Shown here in pieces: positions 41,715 through 54,435 of a DNA stretch of 64,000 nt (positions are counted from its first letter, which is position 1; each line of letters opens with the position of its first letter). The notes under the pieces are model-generated. The model made no database searches. It was not told the DNA's origin and saw only the letters and a program-made list of their open reading frames with translations. The DNA is from Tubiluchus corallicola. Lineage: Eukaryota > Animalia > Priapulida. Position numbers and translations under genes: made by a program. The stretch is from the NCBI GenBank assembly GCA_030141605.1, contig JAQGDQ010000788.1, forward strand, positions 1 through 64,000, in the 5' to 3' direction.

Positions 41715-41990
41715 TTCGGAACGTCGAAATTACGGAAACATTTTGGAACGTCGAAATTACGGAAACATTTTGGAACGTCGAAATTACAGAAAGAAAGATT
41801 TTGGAACGTCGAAATTACGAAACATTTTGGAACGTCGAAATTACGGAAACATTTTGGAACGTCGAAATTACGGAAACATTTCGGAACGTCGAAATTACGG
41901 AAACATTTTGGAACGTCGAAATTACGCAAACATTTTGGAACGTCGAAATTACGGAATCATTTTGAAACGTCGAATTTCAGAAACATTTTG
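41715..41990. repeat. 27-bp minisatellite (~10 copies)
   Basis: Unit ttggaacgtcgaaattacggaaacatt. Confidence 0.92.
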
Positions 41991-42350
41991 GGTATCAGAT
42001 GGCCAAAGAAAATCTCAAAATTAATAAAGATCCTTATGCAAAAAATATAACAGGAACTTTAGACAAGAAAAATAAAAAGACGTCGTTTAAGATGTACTGA
42101 CATATGCTTACACCACCTGAAGATAGACCAGTGAAGATAGCTCTTCAACAAGAAAGAAAACCAGACCGAAAACCAGTTGAATAACAGATGAAACATATTT
42201 CGATTTTGCACAGAAAGATTTAAACGCTTCACCACTGATCCTTAGAGATATTAGCATTTGGTCCATTGCAGAGAGTAGGAAGTCATGACATAAAGAGATG
42301 ATGAGAAAGAGGGCCCCTGGACGCATAATTCAATGGACGACGATATGATA
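41985..42350 (+). mobile_element. Degenerate RTE-type LINE 3' fragment
   Basis: The frameshifted translation ILGIRWPKKIS...IKRRRLR.Y*HML..PEDRPVKIAL...IWSIAESRKS*H matches the RTE motif RRRLRWxGHxxR. Confidence 0.65.
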
Positions 42351-43215
42351 AGTGAAACCATTCATTGTTTTTGGCTTTGGCTTCTTTTGAAATTACCCTT
42401 GCGTGTAAACAAATGCTAAACGCGTTCTGATGAGGCTGACATTTGCTCTCCATTTCAGCACATAACATAACTGAGCTGCTTGATAAAACACCTGTTATTG
42501 ACGTTTTACTGTATTATGACGTGCTTTTTGTCAATACAAATGGCTTGCACATACATTTACATTAACAATTTTACAGGCTTCCGTCGTAGATCGATTTGCT
42601 ACAGTTGATAAATGATCGTAAAATTCGTGTATAAAGAGTTTAAAAGCACAACACGACAACACGATGCATTGTGGGATGTTTTAGCAATGTCGTGTGCAAG
42701 GTAGACTTTGCGTTTTCGTGTATTAACTAACAACAGTAATCACATTAGTTTTGTTATTTTGTTTGTAAGACTTTGGAATGACATTGGAAATTTTTCCGTT
42801 TTTAGATTTATCTTGTAATTTCCATATCCTTTAAAAGAAAGTTAATTTTCAGCGCTGGGATGCTGATACTTGTGGCTCCCTCTATCAAATTCTTCAACAA
42901 GCTGCACTCCTTTAGAGAGTAACTCAAATTTTCGACTGTTTGTTTGTTTAACACTTTGTCTTTTTGTTCGTTTTTGTTTGTCTGCTTGCTTGCTTTTGTG
43001 CTACCCATTTGTTTAGTTGTTTGCATAACTGCTTGCCTGTTTGCATATAACTTATTTATTTATTTATTTATTTTTATATATTTATTTATTTATTTATTTA
43101 CTCACTTTACTTATTTAATTATTTATTGTTTATTTTTTAGTACTGTTATCTATTCCTTTGGTCGTTTTTACTGGTTTGTTACCAATAGCTAGTTGTTAGT
43201 TCATTTTCAATGCAG

Positions 43216-43325
43216 ATCATTATCCACAGTTAAATGACTCCTGCCAAACTGACCCTGGAGGAGAGAAACACCCCTACCGACGCCAGAGACATGGAACCGA
43301 GAGTGCTGGATTTCAAAGATCTTAA
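43216..43325 (+). CDS. Weak candidate terminal exon (phase 1)
   Basis: Acceptor ttttcaatgcag| followed by (D)HYPQLNDSCQTDPGGEKHPYRRQRHGTESAGFQRS*. It is phase-compatible with 20437-20673. Confidence 0.25.
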
Positions 43326-43584
43326 AAAACCTCCCTGTGGATGATCCATCACACTGAGTAATAATAATGGAACTGCCCCTGCTTTAAGAAACTTGGTAAA
43401 AATTCACCCGTGGACGATCTGCCCTACAGATGGTTAGGACGTAGGACGTGATCACGTGATCAGTGTCTCGTGTCTCGCATTTATTCTGGATTCTTGTTGG
43501 CACTCCACATGGCTTTAAGCGCTTCATAAACACCTGTGTGTGAACGCTTGTTGTCTGCAGCTGCATAACTTTGCTCGATCTTGC

Positions 43585-45082
43585 AATAACTTGAGTGTGA
43601 ATGTCTGATATTCGTCTTGTTTTCTATAGCTGCATAACTTGAGTGTGAATGTCTGATATTCGTCTTGTTTTCTATAGCTGCATAGCTTGAGTGTGAATGT
43701 CTGATATTCGTCTTGTTTTCTATAGCTGCATAACTTGAGTGTGAATGTCTGATATTCGTCTTTTTTTTTTTATAGCTGCATAACTTGAGTGTGAATGTCT
43801 GATATTCGTCTTGTTTTCTGTAGCTGCATAACTTGAGTGTGAATGTCTGATATTCGTCTTGTTTTTTGTAGCTGCATAACTTGAGTGTGAATGTCTGATA
43901 TTCGTCTTGTTTTCTGTAGCTGCATAACTTAAGTGTGAATGTCTGATATTCGTCTTGTTTTCTATAGCTGCATAACTTGAGTGTGAATGTCTGATATTCG
44001 TCTTGTTTTCTATAGCTGCATAACTTGAGTGTGAATGTCTGATATTCGTCTTGTTTTCTATAGCTGCATAACTTGAGTGTGAATGTCTGATATTCGTCCT
44101 ATTTTTTGTTGCTGCATAACTTGAGTGTGAATGTCTGATATTCGTCCTATTTTTTGTTGCTGCATAACTTGAGTGTGAATGCCTGATATTCGTCTTGTTT
44201 TCTATAGCTGCATAACTTGAGTGTGAATGTCTGATATTCGTCTTGTTTTCTATAGCTGCATAACTTGAGTGTGAATGTCTGATATTCGTCTTGTTTTCTA
44301 TAGCTGCATAACTTGAGTGTGAATGTCTGATATTCGTCTTGTTTTCTATAGCTGCATAACTTGAGTGTGAATGTCTGATATTCGTCTTTTTTTTTTTATA
44401 GCTGCATAACTTGAGTGTGAATGTCTGATATTCGTCTTGTTTTCTGTAGCTGCATAACTTGAGTGTGAATGTCTGATATTCGTCTTGTTTTTTGTAGCTG
44501 CATAACTTGAGTGTGAATGTCTGATATTCGTCTTGTTTTCTGTAGCTGCATAACTTAAGTGTGAATGTCTGATATTCGTCTTGTTTTCTATAGCTGCATA
44601 ACTTGAGTGTGAATGTCTGATATTCGTCTTGTTTTCTGTAGCTGCATAACTTGAGTGTGAATGTCTGATATTCGTCTTGTTTTCTATAGCTGCATAACTT
44701 GAGTGTGAATGTCTGATATTCGTCCTATTTTTTGTTGCTGCATAACTTGAGTGTGAATATCTGATATTAGTCCTATTTTTTGTAGCTGCATAACTTGAGT
44801 GTGAATGCCTGATATTCGTCTTGTTTTCTATAGCTGCATAACTTGAGTGTGAATGCCTGATATTCGTCTTGTTTTCTATAGCTGCATAACTTGAGTGTGA
44901 ATGCCTGATATTCGTCTTGTTTTCTATAGCTGCATAACTTGATGTGAATGTCTGATATTCGTCTTGTTTTCTATAGCTGCATAACTTGAGTGTGAATGTC
45001 TGATATTCGTCTTGTTTTCTATAGCTGCATAACTTGAGTGTGAATGTCTGATATTCGTCTAATTTTCTGTAGCTGCATAACT
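43585..45082. repeat. 48-bp minisatellite (~31 copies)
   Basis: Unit tagctgcataacttgagtgtgaatgtctgatattcgtcttgttttcta. Confidence 0.97.
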
Positions 45083-45119
45083 TTGCACAACCTTGCAAAG
45101 AACTTGCGTATGAATGCAA

Positions 45120-45545
45120 TGCAGGACGCATGTTCTTACCCAACATAATAATATTAAACGTCTCAAGATTCTCATTTGCTAACAGTGTTGTAAACATTTG
45201 GAATGCTCTTGGTTTCACACGTAATTCTTGCTACTAGTTTGTCAGTTTTTAGCAATCGATTAGCTAATGTTAATTTACTACCTTCTTGTAACTTCACACG
45301 AAACATGTGATTTTGTCATTGGCGTAATTGGTTCTCTCCAAAGCACATTATTGTATAAAGTGTGTCGTATACAGTATATAATTCATATTTAGTTACAATT
45401 TATTAGAAGCCTTTTAATGAAATGTATTGAATTTTAGGCTCTTGTTTTTATAGATTTTATTTTTGTGCGTCATTTTTATGTTTTATAGGATCAGCGTAAG
45501 TGCGCATGCGCCTGCTGATTCAGTCTTTTTTACAATTTTAATATG
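45120..45545 (+). mobile_element. CR1-like LINE 3' fragment
   Basis: Peptide NVSRFSFANSVVNIWNAL, plus a 3' UTR hairpin atcagc...gcgcatgcgc...gctgat at ~45490-45520. Confidence 0.65.
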
Positions 45546-45699
45546 TGTACTACTAGCAAAGGCCCCGCAAAAAATTTTGCGCGTAAATACACTTATAATC
45601 AATAATACGCGAACATCCTACAAATTTCGTAAATATCGCGAGTTGGGTCCGGGAAAACGCCCGTTACGGGACGTCGTGGCCCTCTCGCGAATTCAACTT

Positions 45700-46220
45700 A
45701 CTATGGTATTACGACAATGTTCTATTTACTATGGTAGAGCAAATAAATTACTCATGAAATTTACTCACTGTTCAGTTAACGTGAAGAGACAATTGTTTAA
45801 TGCTTACTGCACTACTTTTTATTGTATGTCCACTTGGAGATATTTTTATTCTTACAATCTTAGCAAACTCAAGGTTGCATACAATGTATCAACACGGAAG
45901 CTGTTTAACTTTTCATATGATACGAGCGCAAGATATATTTCTACTAGACTTAATATTATTTATTTTGATGTGATTCACAGAAAATGTGCATACAGTTTAT
46001 ACGTCTTGAATAAGAGTGAAAATTTTATATGCAAGAACATTGTAAACAGTGATGCAAACTTTACTTCTGTAATTAGACGTCATTGGCGTAGTTTGTTATA
46101 TCGTTAATTGTTATTTGTGTTATTGTTGTGTGTCATGATTTATTGTATTATTTGTATTAATTTGTGATGTGTATATGAACTTTGTGAAGTTTGAAATAAA
46201 ATATGAAATCAAAATCAAAA
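45700..46220 (+). mobile_element. 5'-truncated LINE ORF2 C-terminus with 3' UTR and tail
   Basis: Peptide RQCSIYYGRANKLLMKFTHCSVNVKRQLFNAYCTTFYC...KLKVAYN, then AATAAA and an (AAATCA)-type tail. Sister of 9590-9960. Confidence 0.85.
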
Positions 46221-46484
46221 AAACCTACTATTAGGACGTAGTAGCCTCATAAAGGCACAATATTATCATGTCCTTTGATCCGCCTGACTCAGCCTGCACG
46301 CCAAATTCATAGCAAAATGCAAATACACTATGCACGCCCACACGCATAATACGCTCACGCATGCACCATACACGCACACTCGCGACCCAATCAATCGAGA
46401 GAATGGTAGAAAAATCAACGTGCGCCATTGCAACTGTTGTTACTTGTCATGGCTCTATCCACATAAAAGTCAGTGTTTACTTAC

Positions 46485-46575
46485 CCGACGGCGCTCGCAT
46501 TGTACACGAATTGAAGTACAAAGAAGCTTTTTATTGCAGTTGGTCGTTTTTGCTAAAAGCATCGGGAGCCGGCAA
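46485..46575 (-). CDS. Candidate 91-nt exon on the strand of the 57.5-kb gene
   Basis: Acceptor cctttctctctag| and donor cgg|gtaagt. Only the phase-2 entry frame is open (CRLPMLLAKTTNCNKKLLCTSIRVQCERRR). Confidence 0.25.
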
Positions 46576-47099
46576 CTAGAGAGAAAGGTTTACAAGGGAG
46601 GATGCAGGAGGGAGATTCTTTCTAAAATTCTACACCAGTGTCACACTACTCCCATGCAAAAGATAACAAAAATGAATTTTGATTACTGATTTAAAAATGT
46701 GGAAAACAACGAGTAAGAAACAGTTTTGCAAATAACCCAAGTATTTTGTTGATTAAATGAGCCTGGTGCAGTGGGCTTCTTAACTGAGCGCATCCTTTGC
46801 CTAGCCTGGCTGTATTTTATACCTTTGGTAGTTGAGATGCGTCGTTTACAGTTTTATTAAGCCCATTCCTAGAGAGCTATCATTAGTGTAATTCGCACGC
46901 CTTAATTATCAAACGTTTAAACAGTTTAGGATCGTGGAAAAATGACTAAGTGCGCCAGAGTTTGAGGCTAACTTCATTACGGTAGTGTATCGACCTCTGT
47001 GTGCTGTTGCTTTATATCGGCAGGAGTCGTGTGGTAAAACAGTCTCTTGATGTTTTTGGAATTTGGTGGTGTTTGTTATTAACACTATATTGTGAGAAG

Positions 47100-47110
47100 G
47101 ATAGAGAACC

Positions 47111-47176
<66 letters not shown>

Positions 47177-47198
47177 GAGAAAGAGAGAGAGAGAGAGA

Positions 47199-47229
<31 letters not shown>

Positions 47230-47262
47230 CGAGAAAGAGAGAGAGAGAGAGAGAGACGAGAA

Positions 47263-47315
<53 letters not shown>
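47100..47315. repeat. (AG)n microsatellite
   Basis: Direct reading. Confidence 0.95.
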
Positions 47316-47318
<3 letters not shown>

Positions 47319-48262
47319 TGGAAAGAAGGGTTTTTATTCTAAAACAATAAAAATTTATACACGGTAATTCTTTTTTAACTGAACAGCAGAAACTAGAGCA
47401 AAAACAAACAGGACTTTTACAATGTATGCAAAAAAAGAAAAGTTATTATAATAACAGGTAATTTGTGTCGTGTCGCGTCGTGTCGTGTCGTGTCGTGTCC
47501 AATCAACGATTATTACTGTAACCATAACAGTGTAATACAGTGCATTACGACAACATTTGTTAAAAATCGCTGGCTTTATTTTGATCTAATTATTACCCAT
47601 GAATAGCTTGTCTTGAATGGTGGCCAAGATAAATGAAATTAGTCTACTTGATGACGTCACGATGACGAATATATCATACATTTCAGTGTTAATTAGCTAA
47701 TTGCATTGCTCTGCTTCGTGTAGGCTGTTAAATATTTATGATTATAACATCAATGTTGAATTGAACTGACAGTAGCAGTCGCGTGCACCATCCCATGACG
47801 TCACAAGAATTTCGTCACGTGATTACTTTTCACCTTGTAACCTGAAAAATTTGGACAAGTACGTTTGCCCGGTGCATTAATATCGGTTAGAACTATTAGG
47901 TTGCGACCCTAAAGGACAAGAAAGCACTCTTCATCAATAAAACTTGAAAAAATTCGTTTTTAAATTTTATGTCACTTACACGCTGTCCTATGCATCGTGA
48001 ATTCCCGCGACGGCCGTTAAGCGCAGCCATTTTAACAGCAAATCGTTTGAAATAAGTTTAGATAACATTACGCAAAATTTGAAAAAATGATCACAGCATT
48101 CGCAGCGCACTCTTCACTAACTAAGCAAAAGTTTAAATTACTTTATTTGTCAATAAGGTTAAAAATAGTTTTTGGTGAATCAGAGTTGCATGCCGGGAAG
48201 GTAAATCAGTGACATTTCACCTGTTGGCGCGAACATTTTAAATGATTAAGAATTTTCTTTAT

Positions 48263-49140
48263 GCAATACAATACCATACCATACCATACCATACCATACC
48301 ATACCATACCATACCATACCATACCATACCATACCATACCATACCATACCATACCATACCATACAATACAATACAATACAATACAATACAATACAATACA
48401 ATACAATACAATACAATACAATACAATACAATACAATACAATACAATACAATACAATACAATACAATACAATACAATACAATACAATACAATACAATACA
48501 ATACAATACAATACAATACAACACAACACAACACAACACAACACAATACAATACCTTTATTTAACATCCGTTTTCAGAAAATAAATCATTAGCCTACAGG
48601 TTGTTTTCACATAATATTAAAAACAACGACATAATATTAAAAACAAAGACATAATATTAAAAACAAAGAAAGTTGTTTACAAATAATATAACATAAAATA
48701 CCGTACACGCATCACCACTTACACTCGCGGGTTTAAGCACATACTACATTTCTCACTCACCGGAATTCACACGTCCACTCCACACTCACTCACTCATTCA
48801 CTCTCACCCACCCCATTCACTCTACGCAAAATTTACACCTGTTACAATTACACGAAGGTGGTTTCTAGATAAGACTTGAAACTTTCTAAAACATTACAAA
48901 CAGTTTAGGAACCAATGCTAAAGTTTGGCACCCTTATAGTGAATTTAGTCTATAACATGTGATTCTACAATGACTCATTTCAAATAAATTTTACCGTCTG
49001 AGGTTTTAGGAGGAAGTTCTCACTTTGATAAGATCCCACATAAAAGGAGGCGCTATCTTATTTATAACTTTAAAAACTAAAAGATAATTGCTTATTTCTT
49101 GCAACAGCAGCCTAGACAAATCTGCCCGTTCAAACAGTGA
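48263..49140 (-). mobile_element. LINE 3' fragment with an expanded pentanucleotide tail, nested in a family C element
   Basis: The minus strand reads KIAPPFMWDLIKVRTSS*NLRR...HYKGAKL*. AATAAA is followed directly by (TATTG)/(TATGG)n at 48553-48263. Family C sequence resumes at ~49150-49272. Confidence 0.7.
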
Positions 49141-49329
49141 TTCATAGTTAGAAATTTAATCATTGCAATCTTTCCCAATTATATAAATCTTTCAAGCAGG
49201 TAAAGGTAATGCAAGGTAACATAACTTTGTGCGGAAAGTTACTTAAAAATTGCCTTTTCTTCCCCTTTTAAAAAGTTATGATATATACATGTTTAAATCT
49301 ACTTTGGTACCGTATATATATTTTATATA

Positions 49330-49925
49330 TTAATTCTTTATTTGTCATTAAAATGGTTCACTCATTATAATAAAATTGAGTAAGCCTCAGCGTAATGTTA
49401 AAATAACAACACTGTTCAAGACAAATGCGTCCAGTGCTGACTAAAAAAACTAAAGTGCAAAACTAAGGCCTAATTATATACAATAAATGAACATATTTAC
49501 AAGCACCATATTAAAATATTTTTACAAAACAATATTACAAAAGCACATTAAATTTTACATGACATATTTTACACTATATATACATTTGACATGACACAAT
49601 TAACAGAAACATGCTTTACATTACATAAATTTCACTCATTACATTTACACTATTTATACATTTGACATTAAAAAACTAACATAACACGTATTACATTACA
49701 TAATTTTTTTAAAAAATTTCATTTTTAATCGTTTTATGGAGTCAGGGGCGAGGGTAGATAAAAGTTGAGTCTGAAAGTGTAATTAGTATCTGATGCACAA
49801 TGTGGAAGTTGAAAAAAGTTATATTGATATTCTTTTAATTTCTTTTTAAAGTGGTGGAGAGATTCTATTTGTTTTATTTCACTGGGTAGTAAGTTCCATA
49901 AATGTATGGCCTGTTTTGATATAGA
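49330..49925 (-). mobile_element. LINE 3' fragment related to 13615-14090
   Basis: Peptide SISKQAIHLWNLLPSEIKQIESLHHFKKKLK and the shared 3' UTR motif. Confidence 0.75.
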
Positions 49926-50384
49926 GCTATACCACTCTCCGGGTAACATGCTACAGTACACACTACACACACAGACACACGTTAGCTAATTCATCTAAAA
50001 CCTAATCACCAGAACGAATTATTTCTCTGTGTTCATGCAACACAACTACTCGCCAAAGCTCTCAGGGGTGCAGTGGTGTTTAATAATTAACAGGATTCTC
50101 CCCTTGAAAACTACTCGGAATTATAACACATAAAATGACGCTGTTCAAAAGCTTTGTAGAGTTTGTGCATCCAATACACGGCGGCGACTTTTCTCATTCA
50201 TGTTTAAGAGCATTAAAATACGTTATACTGGTGATTTTCATACTAGATGAGGTCATCAATTCTTGCTTAATACTTTTGTACAAGAAAAAATTTTGTTACG
50301 CCTATCGCATGTTTTTAGATGAACGTAATAGTAATGTAGTAAGGATGATGGAAAGATAATGGAGATAGAATCAGTAACACTTAT

Positions 50385-50800
50385 GCTATTGTTAATCTTA
50401 AATTAATGTTAATGCTAATGTTAATTATAGTGTTGATGTTAAATTAATGTTAAATCAATGTTAATGTTAAATTAATGTTAAATTAATGTTAATGTTAATT
50501 GTAATGTTAATATTAATTTTAATGTTAAATTAATGTTAAATCAATGTTAATGTTAATTGTAATGTTAAATTAATGTTAAATCAATGTTAATGTTAATTGT
50601 AATGTTAATGTTAATTTTAAACTTAAATTAATGTTAAATCAATGTTAATGTTAATTGTAATGTTAAATTAATGTTAAATCAATGTTAATGTTAATTTTAA
50701 ACTTAAATTAATGTTAATGATATTGTTAATATTAATGTTAAATTAATATTAATGCTAATATTAAAGATAAATTAATCTTAATGCTAACGTTAATGCTTAT
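50385..50800. repeat. AT-rich (TTAATG)-based low-complexity repeat
   Basis: Direct reading. Confidence 0.85.
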
Positions 50801-51564
50801 GTTTGTAATGATAATTGCAATTGAATTACAGCAGTAATAAGTTTGGTATCGTAATGTTAACAACGGTAATATTAACGGTAATGCTAAAGGACAATTTGGA
50901 CACCAAGTTTTACGCTGCACATTAACATTAATATTTCAAATGGTACAACATAAATCTTAATTAAAGGTAATTTATGTGTTTTCCATCACACTTTCAATTT
51001 ACCTGCCTATTTTTTTAGTTTATTATTATCACATTCAGTGCAATATAATGACATTAAGCACACAGTGACGTCAAAATTATTACGTCATACTGTATTAAAT
51101 TATTATTTTTCATACACTATCGTTATCATAAACGAATAATTGTACTGCAGTGGGCTAGAGAAGCAAAGGCTTGTATAAGCCCACTGCCATGTGAACCTGA
51201 TAAAAAAAGAATGGATGAGTGAACAAAAAAAAAGAACTGGGAGAAAGGTTAGATCACACAGGAAGGGTAGAAGGATGTGTTAGTGGAAATGGTAGGAAGA
51301 AAGATAATAGATTGCGAATAAACAAACCTGTATCAACTTTTATGACCTCCTCATCAATCTTACATTCATTACATAATAATTGATCAATGTACATACGTGC
51401 ATTTTAAAGTTAAAGAAAAGTACAAGTTGTGATGGGTTTATTTTAAATCTATCACTTAAACTTAGAAAAAAATGACAGAGAAACTTGCAAAAACTGTCTG
51501 TATTCCATAAAATTCATTTTTACTGCAGCTGTATGGATATTTTCAAGTGCTGTGGTAACCGCCA

Positions 51565-51900
51565 TTCACTAGAAAATTATGACGTAACTGGTGGACTTCG
51601 TGACTTTTCGTAAGTGGATCGTGTTTCCATAAGCGCGCGCTGCTTATGTTAATTCAAGCTTACCTAAAGTTCGTGCAAAAATATCACATAATTAGCTATC
51701 TATTTTTTGCAAAATAAAACTTTTGACGGATGCTGATTGCTTTTCTTGAATGACATCATTGGTGGAAGAATGATGAGCGTTCAAAACGGTGAGCGCTCAA
51801 GCATGAAGTGATCGCGACTTTAAAGTGATTTCACTAATTACACGAGGCGTTTATTGCAGTTTTATTTCTAAATACTGCTAACATTTTTCGCGAACACTGA
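51565..51900 (+). mobile_element. Family D copy
   Basis: Shares cattcac.ngaaaattatgacgtaactggtggac with 59262-59590. Confidence 0.7.
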
Positions 51901-52264
51901 AATAAGCGTAAATTTTCAGAAGACTTTACCCTTCCTTTATGCAAATATACCCAATAAATATTTCAGCGACTAGCCGCTACCAAGCTGATATTTTCTCGCG
52001 GTCTTATGCAAGTTTATATTATTTTTAATTGGTATTTAATTAGAGTTTCGCATTTTTTTCTACTTTGCTAGGCAATTTTAACTTTCACATAAGCTGGGCC
52101 ATAATTGCCGGATCTGCGCCGACAGATTTTATCGTATAACAAGCAGAAAAGTAGAGAAATTGCATTGTAGAAAGGGATAAACGACTTACAGCTATTCTGA
52201 TGGATGACTGTGTCGACACAATCAACCAGCCGAGCCGACGTAATCACTTAATGTATCACCTACT

Positions 52265-52640
52265 GGATTCAATACACGATAAACCCTGGCGGTGACATAA
52301 TGCTGCCTTGTCTAACCACCCTAGTGCATGCATGGTTACGCGATAATGGTTTAACTAATTCAATCATATATACAGCATTCACCACAATAATACTCTTATA
52401 AAAGCGGTTGATCGACATGATGATAGCTGCTTCAATATCTAAGCAGAGTGTTTCACTGTATAATTCATTTAAAAAAGGACGTTTTTTTATTTCACCATAA
52501 CAGCAGGTCGTTATTAGTTTTTGATGTTTTGGATGAGTTTGCATGAATGGTAAAACTTGGCTGAACGAATTCACTAACTTCAAAGTAAAATAATTGGTAA
52601 GTTTATCAGGCAATTTTGCCCTTATGCTTGCCAAACCATC
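52265..52640 (-). pseudogene. Decayed LINE reverse-transcriptase fragment
   Basis: LCLDIEAA resembles the RT motif xxLDxxxAFD, and VVRQGSIMSPPGFIVY resembles GVRQGxxLSPxLFxxY. Confidence 0.6.
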
Positions 52641-53029
52641 TAAGAAATCAAAAAATAATTATGACTACCGCAATTTAATTGTTTATTGCGTATTTGTTTT
52701 TGTTTGCTTGTTTGTTTCTTGTTTGTTTGCTTGTTTGTTTCCTTTGTTGGCTATTTGATTAATACTTAGACCATCTGTGCGTCAGCCAAGATTGGTTTTT
52801 CGGTTAATCGGTCAGTCCGTTTACCTGTTTGTTTGTTTTCTATTGATAAACGATCGAAAACGCCCATTCCATTTTAGTAATTCAAAACTAAATTGTAAGA
52901 TGCAGCAACCTATTTTAAGAAAACAAATGTATCGCGGAATCTATTCAAATGTGCTAACTTATATAAGTTATAAAAGTTATATTTATTTATTTCCACTCTG
53001 CATCTAACAGTTATAATAAAAATACAGAT

Positions 53030-53310
53030 AAGTTCACTGAAGTAAATATAAATATAAGTGCAACATTATCCAGAAATTACAAAAGAGATTCTTATGCAGC
53101 ATATACATGTGCAAATTACATTACAGAATGATGCATACAGTTTGAGCCTAAAAGCATAGCTTGACAGGCCAAACTGTACGTGGAAATCTTAAAGAAGTGA
53201 TTAATAATTGAAATAATAATAATATATACATAAATGTGGGGCGGGGAAGTGAATGAAAGATGAAATGGAGCGAGAACTAAGAAAAACTGTGATCATGATT
53301 ATAAAGTGTT
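53030..53310 (-). mobile_element. 3' UTR fragment of the LINE family at 1-914
   Basis: catacagtttgagcctaaaagcatagcttgacaggccaaactgt is the reverse complement of 684-727. Confidence 0.85.
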
Positions 53311-53344
53311 ATGTGTGATATGTTTGTATAATATGTTGCTCTGT

Positions 53345-54435
53345 TGTATATATGTGTTTTTGTGCTTCAACCATTATACCACATATACGTGTTTTTGTGC
53401 TTCAACCATTATACCACATATACGTGTTTTTGTGCTTCAACCATTATACCACATATACGTGTTTTGTGCCTCAACCATTATACCACATATATGTGTTTTT
53501 GTGCTTGAACCATTATACCACATATATGTGTTTTTGTGCTTGAACCATTATACCACACATATGTGTTTTGTGCTTGAACCATTATACCACATATATGTGT
53601 TTTGTGTTTGAACCATTATACCACATATATGTGTTTTTGTGCTTGAACCATTATACCACATATACGTGTTTTTGTGCTTGAACCATTACACCACACATAT
53701 GTGTTTTTGTGCTTGAACCATTATACCACATATACGTGTTTTTGTGCTTGAACCATTATACCACACATATGTGTTTTGTGCTTGAACCATTATACCACAT
53801 ATATGTGTTTTTGTGCTTGAACCATTATACCACATATATGTGTTTTTGTGCTTGAACCATTACACCACACATATGTGTTTTGTGCTTGAACCATTATACC
53901 ACATATATGTGTTTTTGTGCTTGAACCATTATACCACATATATGTGTTTTTGTGCTTGAACCATTATACCACATATATGTGTTTTTGTGCTTGAACCATT
54001 ATACCACATATATGTGTTTTTGTGCTTGAACCATTATACCTCATATATGTGTTTTGTGCTTGAACCATTATACCACACATATGTGTTTTTGTGCTTGAAC
54101 CATTATACCACACATATGTGTTTTTGTGCTTGAACCATTATACCTCATATATGTGTTTTGTGCTTGAACCATTATACCACACATATGTGTTTTTGTGCTT
54201 GAACCATTATACCACACATATGTGTTTTGTGCTTGAACCATTATACCACACATATGTGTTTTGTGCTTGAACCATTATACCACATATATGTGTTTTTGTG
54301 CTTGAACCATTATACCACATATATGTGTTTTTGTGCTTGAACCATTATACCACATATATGTGTTTTTGTGCTTGAACCATTATACCACACATATGTGTTT
54401 TTGTGCTTGAACCATTACACCACACATATGTGTTT
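53345..54435. repeat. 34/35-bp minisatellite (~31 copies)
   Basis: Unit accattataccacatatatgtgtttttgtgcttga, containing the palindrome cacatatatgtg. Confidence 0.97.

Noticed and set aside
42108-42326. Membrane-protein-like minus-strand ORF as a possible exon
   Set aside because: It is the antisense of a decayed RTE fragment on the plus strand.
44346-45218. 290-aa repetitive ORF
   Set aside because: It is the 48-bp minisatellite, and the frame shifts at a 1-bp indel.
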